64,000 nucleotides of DNA from Gammaproteobacteria bacterium (lineage in GTDB: Bacteria > Pseudomonadota > Gammaproteobacteria > Steroidobacterales > Steroidobacteraceae), in assembly GCA_028870635.1 (NCBI GenBank), contig JAGWPE010000260.1, positions 2,612 through 66,611 of the forward strand, read 5' to 3'. The notes below the pieces were generated by a model. That model saw nothing but the letters and a program-made list of their open reading frames with translations. It had not been told where the DNA came from and made no database searches. A program made the position numbers and the translations under genes. This document shows, piece by piece, positions 51,218 to 58,680 of the stretch (its first letter is position 1; the number at the start of each line of letters is the position of its first letter).

Positions 51218-51921
51218 CGGCGGCGCTGGCGGCGCTGCTCACGTTGCCGGGATGCGCCACTGTGCATCGGTGGCGCGAGCACCGTGCCGAAGTGCGCGCG
51301 GCGAAGGAAGAGGCGCGCGCGGAGGCCGCGCAGACGAACCCGTCCGAAGGCAGCGACAGCGTGCCGCAGGGCGCCATCCAGCCGCGCATCGAGCGGCGCA
51401 GGGTCAAGGTGCCGAGGATTCGCAGCTCGAACCTCGAGCTCGGTGCGCATTACGGCGTCATGTCGATCGAGGACTTCGGCTCGCATCCGGCGTACGGGCT
51501 CGATCTGGCGTACCACCTGACCGAGGACCTCTTTGTCCGGGCGGAAGTCGGCCGCTCGACCGGCGGACTCACCAGCTTCGAGACGCTGGGCGGCAACATC
51601 CGGCTGCTGACCGAAGGTGAGAGGAAGTTCACGTACTACGATCTCGGGCTGGGCTACAACTTCCTTCCGGGCGAGGCCTTCTTCGGCCGCAGCCGTGCGA
51701 TGACCAGCTCCTTCTACGTCATCGGCGGCGCGGGAGCCACCCAGTTCGCCGGGGACAAGAAGTTCACGGTGACCGTCGGCGGCGGCTATCAGGTGCTGCC
51801 GGCGGACTGGCTGGCCGTCCACGTGGGATTCGAGGATCACATGTTCCAGTCGGCTCTGCTCGGCGCCAACAAGCTGACCAACAACCTGGAAGCGGGCGTC
51901 GGCGTCACGGTCTTCTATTGA
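51187..51921 (+). CDS. Lipoprotein with outer-membrane beta-barrel domain
   Basis: METRVRGLFLTAALAALLTLPGC lipobox, a charged linker, then alternating beta-strand pattern ending ...NNLEAGVGVTVFY. 31-nt overlap with the preceding gene. Confidence 0.7.
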   Translation: METRVRGLFLTAALAALLTLPGCATVHRWREHRAEVRAAKEEARAEAAQTNPSEGSDSVPQGAIQPRIERRRVKVPRIRSSNLELGAHYGVMSIEDFGSHPAYGLDLAYHLTEDLFVRAEVGRSTGGLTSFETLGGNIRLLTEGERKFTYYDLGLGYNFLPGEAFFGRSRAMTSSFYVIGGAGATQFAGDKKFTVTVGGGYQVLPADWLAVHVGFEDHMFQSALLGANKLTNNLEAGVGVTVFY

Positions 51922-51938
51922 GGCTCGGAGGATACGAC

Positions 51939-52427
51939 ATGAGGAATCGAATCGCGGCCCTGGCCGCCATCCTGACGCTCGCCGTGCCGGCTTGGGCCGC
52001 AGCCGCCGGCGTGCAGGCCCCGGCGTTCACGCTGCAGTCCGTCGACGGCAGGACGGTGAGTCTCGCGCAGTTCAAGGGCGATGTGGTCATGATCAACTTC
52101 TGGGCGAGCTGGTGCGGCCCCTGCCGGCAGGAGATGCCGCTGCTCGACAGCATCTACAAACAGTACAAGGACATGGGTTTCGTCCTGCTCGGGGTGAATG
52201 TCGAGCCTGACTCGCACAGCGCCAACGCCTGGCTGAAGAAGACGCCGGTCAGCTATCCCATTCTGTACGATCCGAAGAGCCAGGTGAGTCAGCTCTATCA
52301 GGTGCAGGCCATGCCGACGACGGTCATCGTCGACCGCCAGGGCATCGTGCGGTTCGTGCACAACGGCTACCTGCCGGGTGATGAGAACCAGTACATGAAC
52401 AGCATCAGGACGCTGATCGTCCAGTAG
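51939..52427 (+). CDS. TlpA family thiol:disulfide oxidoreductase (paralog 2)
   Basis: A GGAG Shine-Dalgarno sequence lies 8 nt upstream of ATG 51939. Signal MRNRIAALAAILTLAVPAWA. APAFTLQSVDG...VVMINFWASWCGPCRQEMP (CGPC). Confidence 0.85.
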   Translation: MRNRIAALAAILTLAVPAWAAAAGVQAPAFTLQSVDGRTVSLAQFKGDVVMINFWASWCGPCRQEMPLLDSIYKQYKDMGFVLLGVNVEPDSHSANAWLKKTPVSYPILYDPKSQVSQLYQVQAMPTTVIVDRQGIVRFVHNGYLPGDENQYMNSIRTLIVQ

Positions 52428-52480
52428 GCCATCTCATGCACATAATGCTTGCCCACTGGCTCAAACGGGGCACATCCCTT

Positions 52481-52540
52481 CGCGCTGGCGGACCTCAGGG
52501 CGGAGCTGCCCCGGGCCGCTTGCTCGCCTGCTTTCGCACC
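52481..52540 (+). repeat. Partial copy E of the structured intergenic repeat
   Basis: CGCGCTGGCGG...CCCCGGGCCGCTTGCTCGCCTGCTTTCGCACC aligns with the 3' halves of copies A and C (…GGGCCGCTT-N8-GCTTTCGCAC). Confidence 0.5.
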
Positions 52541-52753
52541 TCGCTCGTGGCGATAGCAGCGCTAGGTTCAATCTCGGCGTGCTCGCCCATCGAGCCGTGG
52601 GTCAAGCCGTACGAGCGCGAGCATCTCGCCGATGCGATCATGGCGCTCGATCGGAATCCGGTCTCGAGCACCTACCTCGACCACGTGTTCGAGACCCGCG
52701 AGGGCGCGCGGGGCGCTACGGGCGGCGTCGGGGGCGGCTGCGGATGCAACTGA
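52520..52753 (+). CDS. DUF4266 lipoprotein
   Basis: Lipobox AALGSISAC, then SPIEPWVKPYEREHLADAIMALDRNPV...HVFETREGARGATGGVGGGCGCN, the characteristic DUF4266 body and C-terminal GGGCGCN. TTG 52520 or GTG 52547 are the likely starts; the track ATG 52436 would add a non-signal-like extension that includes the repeat. Confidence 0.7.
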   Translation: MLACFRTSLVAIAALGSISACSPIEPWVKPYEREHLADAIMALDRNPVSSTYLDHVFETREGARGATGGVGGGCGCN

Positions 52754-53952
52754 GCCGGGCACTTCGCGGACGGCAGTCGCGCGGCTGGGCCACGCGCGGC
52801 CTGGCCGCTCTGTGCCTCGCCGCGCTGCCGGCCCTGGCCGGCGTGCTGCCCGAAGACCGGGCCGACCTGCTCTATCATCGCTACCAGGGCGGGGGCATCA
52901 CCGTCCAGGGACCGTCGATCCTCGTCCAGAAGAGGATCGGCGATCACTTCGCGGTCAATGCCAACTACTACCAGGACATGATCTCGAGCGCATCGATCGA
53001 TGTCCTGCTGTCCGCGAGCCCCTACAAGGAGACGCGCACGCAGAAGAGCGTCGGCGCGCAGTATCTGCACGGCAAGACCACCTACAGCGCCGGATTCATC
53101 GACAGCGTCGAGCCGGACTACAAGGCGAACACCTCATACTACTCGGTCAGCCAGGACATGTTCGGCGATCTGACGACCGTCACGCTCAGCTACAGCCGTG
53201 GTTGGGACCAGATTTCGCGCGACATCAAGGTCAACGGGGCGATCGTCAACGACCCGATGTTCCACCAGCGGGCCGATCACCGCGTCTACGGGCTGAGTAT
53301 CAGCCAGATCCTCACCCGCAGTCTCATCGGCACGCTCGACTACCAGTTCTCCAGCGACCAGGGTTATCTCGCCAGCCCGTACCGGGAAATCCGTTACGTG
53401 GATCCGAACAACCCCGTCGGCTACTCGCTCGCGCCGCAGATCTATCCGGGTACGCGGACCATGGACGCATTCTCGGGCTCCCTGAAGTATTACCTTCCCT
53501 ACCGCGCCGCGCTCACCGGGAAATACCGCTTCTTCTCCGACTCCTGGGGTATCGTCGCGCATACGCTGCAGGTCGATTACGTGCAGCCGGTCAGGCACCA
53601 CTGGACGCTCGACGGCAATATCCGCTACTACCGCCAGGGCGCGGCCAGCTTCTTCAGCGACCTCTTCCCCTACGCCAACTACTCCAACTACATGGCGCGC
53701 GACCGGGAGCTCGCGGCTTTCCACAGCATCACGTTCGGCTTCGAGGCGTCGTACGCCTTCTCGATCCCGCGCCTCACGTGGATCCAGAAGAGCACCGCGA
53801 CCCTGCGCTTCGATCGCATGATGATCAGCTATCTCGATTACCACGACGCGCTGTACTCGAAGTTCGATCCAGGCGCGATCAAAGCAGGCCAGGAGCCGCT
53901 CTACTCCCTCGACGCGAGCATCTATCAGGCGTACTTTTCGCTGTGGTTCTGA
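52744..53952 (+). CDS. DUF3570 domain protein (predicted outer-membrane beta-barrel)
   Basis: ATG 52744 overlaps the DUF4266 stop by 10 nt. Signal ...LAALCLAALPALAG. LLYHRYQGGGITVQGPSILVQK... and an alternating-strand pattern ending ...YQAYFSLWF. Confidence 0.75.
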   Translation: MQLSRALRGRQSRGWATRGLAALCLAALPALAGVLPEDRADLLYHRYQGGGITVQGPSILVQKRIGDHFAVNANYYQDMISSASIDVLLSASPYKETRTQKSVGAQYLHGKTTYSAGFIDSVEPDYKANTSYYSVSQDMFGDLTTVTLSYSRGWDQISRDIKVNGAIVNDPMFHQRADHRVYGLSISQILTRSLIGTLDYQFSSDQGYLASPYREIRYVDPNNPVGYSLAPQIYPGTRTMDAFSGSLKYYLPYRAALTGKYRFFSDSWGIVAHTLQVDYVQPVRHHWTLDGNIRYYRQGAASFFSDLFPYANYSNYMARDRELAAFHSITFGFEASYAFSIPRLTWIQKSTATLRFDRMMISYLDYHDALYSKFDPGAIKAGQEPLYSLDASIYQAYFSLWF

Positions 53953-54077
53953 ACGGCGGCTGAACGTCCGTTCGTCAGTACCGATTCCTCCACCGCGTCG
54001 ATCTGCGGTAAGCTTCGCGCATGCGTTGCCGCCGGCTCCGGCTTGTCGGTCCCCGGCGACAACAGAGGACCTCAGGC

Positions 54078-54908
54078 ATGCCTATCCGTTCTCGTCTACT
54101 GACTGCTCTAGCCGGCGTCGTGCTTGCGTTCACGGCCGTCGCCGCGCACGCGCAGGCCCTGGAGGAAGGGCGCCTCCTCCTCGCCACACAGGTGCTCAAC
54201 GACGCCCGCGATGCGCGCGATCAGGGCATTCCCGATCGGATGCTCGAGCGCGCCTACGGCATCGCGGTCATTCCCGATTTCACCAAGGTCGCCTTTTTCC
54301 TCGGCGGCGCACGCGGTCACGGCGTGCTCGTGGTCAGGGACAGCAGCGGACATTTCAGCAGTCCCATCTTCGTCACGCTCACCGGCGGCAGCTTCGGCTT
54401 CCAGTGGGGCGTGCAGAAGACCGATCTCGTGCTGGTCTTCACCTCCAGGAAAGGCATCGAGGGCATCACCGGCGGCAAGCTGACCCTCGGCGGTGACGTC
54501 TCGGTGGCGGCCGGCCCCGTTGGCCGCCAGGCTTCCGCGGCAACCGATCAGGCCTTCAACGCCGGGGTGTACTCGTACTCGCACACCCGTGGCATCTTCG
54601 CCGGGTTGGCTCTCTCGGGCGCCGCCCTGACGATCGACGATTCGTCGAACGCGGAGCTCTATCGCCACCCTGGCCTGCTGGCTTCCGACATCATCTCGGG
54701 CTCGGTGCGCACCGATGACGATGCGGCGCGCCGCTTCCTGACCGCCGTATCGGAGGGCGCGGGCCTGCAGCCGGCCTCCTCGATGGCGAGCTCCGCTCCG
54801 GCTCCCACCAACGCCCGCTCCACCGTCCCTGCCCGGCCCAACGGACCGCCGGCCCGGGCCTTCCCGCTGCAGGACAACAACCCGGGCAGCAATCCGAATC
54901 CGAACTAG
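54078..54908 (+). CDS. SYLF (Ysc84/DUF500) lipid-binding domain protein, secreted
   Basis: Signal MPIRSRLLTALAGVVLAFTAVAAHA. GIAVIPDFTKVAFFLGGARGHGVLVVRD...GGSFGFQWGVQKTDLVLVF...LTLGGDVSVAAGPVG is the SYLF pattern. Confidence 0.8.
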   Translation: MPIRSRLLTALAGVVLAFTAVAAHAQALEEGRLLLATQVLNDARDARDQGIPDRMLERAYGIAVIPDFTKVAFFLGGARGHGVLVVRDSSGHFSSPIFVTLTGGSFGFQWGVQKTDLVLVFTSRKGIEGITGGKLTLGGDVSVAAGPVGRQASAATDQAFNAGVYSYSHTRGIFAGLALSGAALTIDDSSNAELYRHPGLLASDIISGSVRTDDDAARRFLTAVSEGAGLQPASSMASSAPAPTNARSTVPARPNGPPARAFPLQDNNPGSNPNPN

Positions 54909-55118
54909 TTGACTCCGCTGGGGAGGGCGGTACCCGCTGGCCCCCTCCCCGGCGTCGTCCTACCTCCTCCCCCGACGGCGCGCCCTGCTCGAGCTGCGGG
55001 CGCGCTCCTGCGCCAAACGAGAGATGGGATTCTTGGCCGCGATGCGGCAGAGTGTCGGAGCAGACCCCTTGGCTCCAGGACCCTGGCAGGACATCCCGTG
55101 AACGAAGCCGCAGCAGGC

Positions 55119-56321
55119 ATGACCCGGGCGAGCGCCGCCGGCCGCACCGCCTTCTCGGTGCTGGCTGCGATCAGCTTCTGCCATCTGCTCAACGACATGA
55201 TGCAGTCGCTGCTGCCGGCGCTGTATCCGATGCTCAAGACCTCGTACGCGCTGACCTTCGGCGAGATCGGCATCCTGACCTTCACCTACCAGATCACCGC
55301 CTCGCTGCTGCAGCCGCTGATCGGCCGGTACACCGACAGCAAGCCGCGTCCGTACTCGCTCGCCACGGGGATGAGCTTCACCCTGGCCGGTCTCGCGCTC
55401 CTCGCCTCGGCGCGCACCTACCCGCTGCTGCTGCTCGCGGCCGCGATGATCGGCACCGGCTCCTCGGTCTTCCATCCGGAGTCCTCGCGGGTGGCGCGCA
55501 TGGCCTCGGGCGGCCGCCACGGCCTCGCGCAATCGGTGTTTCAGGTCGGCGGCAATCTCGGCTCGGCGATCGGACCGCTCCTGGCGGCGTTCATCGTGCT
55601 GCCGCACGGCCAGACGAGCGTTCTCTGGTTCTCCTGCGCGGCGCTGCTCGGCATCTTCGTGCTGCTCAACGTGGGGCATTGGTACAAGCTCCACGGGATG
55701 GCGCGCCTCAAGCCGCGCGCGGCGAGCGCGGGCGCGCACGCCGCGCCGACACGGAAACAGGTGATCCTTGCCATCAGCGTGCTGCTGGCGCTCATCTTCT
55801 CCAAGTATTTCTACCTGGCGAGCCTCACCAGCTACTACACCTTCTATCTCATCAGCCGCTTCCACGTGACGGTGCAAGCCTCGCAGGTCCTTCTCTTCGT
55901 GTTCCTGGGCTCGGTGGCGCTCGGGACGATTCTCGGCGGACCGGTGGGCGATCGGATCGGGCGCAAGTACGTCATCTGGGGCTCCATCGTGGGCGTGCTG
56001 CCGTTCACGCTGATCCTGCCGCATGCGAACCTGCTCTGGACGGTGGTGTTGACGGTCCCCATAGGGGTCATCCTCGCCAGCGCGTTTCCGGCGATCATCG
56101 TCTACGCGCAGGAGCTGCTGCCCGGCCGCACCGGTACGGTGGCGGGCCTCTTCTTCGGGCTGGCCTTCGGTATGGGCGGCATCGGTGCCGCAGTTCTCGG
56201 CAAGGTCGCCGACTCGTTCGGGATCAACCTGGTGTACGAGATCTGCGCCTTCCTGCCGGTCATCGGGCTCCTGGCGGGACTTCTGCCCGACGTGGACAGT
56301 GCGGGGCGCGTCAGGGCTTAG
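55119..56321 (+). CDS. MFS transporter, Fsr (fosmidomycin-resistance)-like
   Basis: AISFCHLLNDMMQSLLPALYPML... is typical of the Fsr subfamily. About 12 TM segments. An alternative GTG lies at 55098. Confidence 0.85.
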   Translation: MTRASAAGRTAFSVLAAISFCHLLNDMMQSLLPALYPMLKTSYALTFGEIGILTFTYQITASLLQPLIGRYTDSKPRPYSLATGMSFTLAGLALLASARTYPLLLLAAAMIGTGSSVFHPESSRVARMASGGRHGLAQSVFQVGGNLGSAIGPLLAAFIVLPHGQTSVLWFSCAALLGIFVLLNVGHWYKLHGMARLKPRAASAGAHAAPTRKQVILAISVLLALIFSKYFYLASLTSYYTFYLISRFHVTVQASQVLLFVFLGSVALGTILGGPVGDRIGRKYVIWGSIVGVLPFTLILPHANLLWTVVLTVPIGVILASAFPAIIVYAQELLPGRTGTVAGLFFGLAFGMGGIGAAVLGKVADSFGINLVYEICAFLPVIGLLAGLLPDVDSAGRVRA

Positions 56322-56892
56322 GAGTTGCCGTGGGCATCAGCACCTCGGCGCTCAGGTGGGTTCCCAGCGTGATCTGGTGCGGGATGCAGGTGGAGCCGTA
56401 CTTGACGTTTCGGGTGGTGAAGAGCGGCAGGAAGGTCTCCTTGAATTGCTCGATCAGCTCGCACTTGCCCTGCTCGTTGTAGGACGCGTTCTCCGGCATC
56501 AGTACCACTTCCTTCCACAGCGCCCGTACGGGAGGACCCGGGTTCTTGACCTTTGACGCCTCCGCGGAGGACGCGGGGACGAGCACGCGCATGTCCACCG
56601 TTACGCCCGGGAAGGGTGAGGGCACGCCGGGCCCGCTGCTGCAAGGCACCTCCCGTACCTTGAGATCCTTGGCGCCGAGCTTGCTCAGCATCGCCCTCAC
56701 CTCGTCCTGCAGTCCGTCGCAGGAATAATGTGTCGTGAAGCCCTGGTATATGAACTGCAGATGCTTGGGCACCCACACGGCCGAAACGCCGTCCTGAGCC
56801 ATGGCCGAGGCGGGCAGGGCGGCCAGGAGAGTCGCCGCCGCCACCACGGAAGCCAATCGCGGGACCCATCGGGTAAGGCACATGGCGCTCAT
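56311..56892 (-). CDS. Secreted hypothetical protein (193 aa)
   Basis: ATG 56892 gives MSAMCLTRWVPRLASVVAAATLLAALPASAMA. No family recognised. The track ORF (to 57348) runs antisense into opgD. Confidence 0.5.
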   Translation of the reverse strand: MSAMCLTRWVPRLASVVAAATLLAALPASAMAQDGVSAVWVPKHLQFIYQGFTTHYSCDGLQDEVRAMLSKLGAKDLKVREVPCSSGPGVPSPFPGVTVDMRVLVPASSAEASKVKNPGPPVRALWKEVVLMPENASYNEQGKCELIEQFKETFLPLFTTRNVKYGSTCIPHQITLGTHLSAEVLMPTATPKP

Positions 56893-56966
56893 GGCAACCT
56901 CTATGTGTGTGTTACATGCCTGTTGCAGTAGACGGCAACGCGTCTGCGGGGTTCCGCGTTGACCTG

Positions 56967-58571
56967 CTACAGATACTGCTGACGCTGGGCGACCGGCGGC
57001 GGTGCGTACTGGTACATCCAGGTCTCCGTCAATGCCTGCCCATCGAGGGACAGATAGAGCCTCAGGTCGATCGGCTGCTCGCTCTCGTCCGGCACCAGAT
57101 CGAACATCGCGCGCCAGCCCTTGATCGGCAGCAGCGGCCGGGCCGAGGTGATCTCGACCTGTCCGCGGGAGGTCGTGATGACGGGCGCCACCTTGGTATC
57201 GGGACCGAGCATGCCGAGATCGCCGCCCGCGAAATCCACGACGAAGCGCCACGAGAAATGAGTGCGCTTCTGGCCGACCACCCCGCCGATGCCGTCCCGC
57301 GTCGCCTTTACTTGGGCGAGATGCGGTTTGAACGGATTCTCCCGGCACCAGTACAAACGGTAGCCGTAGAGGTATTCGCGCCCCGGCTCGGTCTTGTCCG
57401 CCGGGCTCCAGAACGCGACGATGTTGTCCATGGTCTCGTCACTGGTCGGGATCTCCACGAGCATCACTCCGCCCTTCCCCCAGGGCGCTTTCGGCTGCAC
57501 CCAGCAGTCCGGACGCCTGTTGTAGAAGACCCCGTCGTCCTGATACTGCGAGAAGCGCCGCTCGCGCTGCATCAGGCCGAAGCCGCGCGGATTCTCGTCG
57601 ACATAGGTGTTGACGCGCAGCGCGCCCGGATTGACGAGCGGGCGCCAGATCCACTCGCCGGCGCCGGTGTTCATCTGCAGCCCGTCGGAGTCGTGGATCT
57701 GCGGCCGCCAGTCGTCGGCGACCCGATGATCGTTCTCTCCGACCAGGAACATGCTGGTGCAGGGCGCGATGCCGAGGCGCAGGATCTCCCGGCGCGGATA
57801 GAGGGCCGCATCGACATCCATCACCAGAGTGCTCGCGACGTCGATGATGAAGCGGTACGCGCCCGCAACGCTCGGTGAGTCGAGCAGCGCGTAAACGGTG
57901 AGGAGCGATGAGCCCTTGGCCGGCTTCTCCAGGTAGAAGGCGATAAAGTCGGGAAACTCCTCCGGTTGCGCCATGCCGGTGTCGATCGCGAGGCCGCGCT
58001 GCGACATGCCGTACTGTCCGTCCCCGTCCACCGCACGGAAGTAGGACGCGCCCTGGAACACGGCCCGGTCGCTCGCCCAGTCGGTGTGAAAGAGCACGTT
58101 GAAGCCGGCGAAGCCGAGATCCTTGGGCAGGTCCGCGGGCTTCAGGCCTGACCTGCCGTAGTCGAACAGGGTCGGATCGAACAGGATCTCCCGCGCCTGG
58201 CCGTTCTCCACGACGTACAGGCGTACCGGCTTGGAGAAACTGAAGCCGAGGTGATCGAAGCGGATGCGGAAGAGCAGATCCTCTCCATACCAGAGCGCCC
58301 GCTCCGGCCTGCAGACGATCGACTCCCATTGATCCCAGCTCAGGTGCTGGAGCGCGGGCGGCAACGGCTTATAGGATTCGCGGTAGGGCGCCGTGCCCAT
58401 GGAGTGCGCGACGCCCTTGAGATCGGCATAGCTGAAAGCCTCCGGCTTGCCCATCAGCGTCACGCCCTTGGGGGGCGGCGCGGGCGCTCTGTGGCGATTG
58501 AACACCCACGGCCAGGGGGCGAATGCCGCCATGCTGGAGCCGCCCGCCCGCAAGAACCCACGTCGATGCAT
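56967..58571 (-). CDS. opgD: Periplasmic glucan biosynthesis protein, OpgD/MdoD-like (Tat leader)
   Basis: MHRRGFLRAGGSSMAAFA twin-arginine leader. FRIRFDHLGF, GASYFRAVD, QYGMSQRGLAIDT, PEEFPDFIAFYLEKP and FGLMQRERRFSQYQDD are MdoG/MdoD-family hallmarks. Confidence 0.85.
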   Translation of the reverse strand: MHRRGFLRAGGSSMAAFAPWPWVFNRHRAPAPPPKGVTLMGKPEAFSYADLKGVAHSMGTAPYRESYKPLPPALQHLSWDQWESIVCRPERALWYGEDLLFRIRFDHLGFSFSKPVRLYVVENGQAREILFDPTLFDYGRSGLKPADLPKDLGFAGFNVLFHTDWASDRAVFQGASYFRAVDGDGQYGMSQRGLAIDTGMAQPEEFPDFIAFYLEKPAKGSSLLTVYALLDSPSVAGAYRFIIDVASTLVMDVDAALYPRREILRLGIAPCTSMFLVGENDHRVADDWRPQIHDSDGLQMNTGAGEWIWRPLVNPGALRVNTYVDENPRGFGLMQRERRFSQYQDDGVFYNRRPDCWVQPKAPWGKGGVMLVEIPTSDETMDNIVAFWSPADKTEPGREYLYGYRLYWCRENPFKPHLAQVKATRDGIGGVVGQKRTHFSWRFVVDFAGGDLGMLGPDTKVAPVITTSRGQVEITSARPLLPIKGWRAMFDLVPDESEQPIDLRLYLSLDGQALTETWMYQYAPPPVAQRQQYL

Positions 58572-58680
58572 CACTCTTCCTCTTTCGTAGCCGTTTCCCG
58601 GTACCGCCTCCGACTTCGTCGGGCGGCTCTCAGGGCCGGCCAGCGCCTGCGCTAGCACGTTCGGCGCCTGACCTTTGCAT

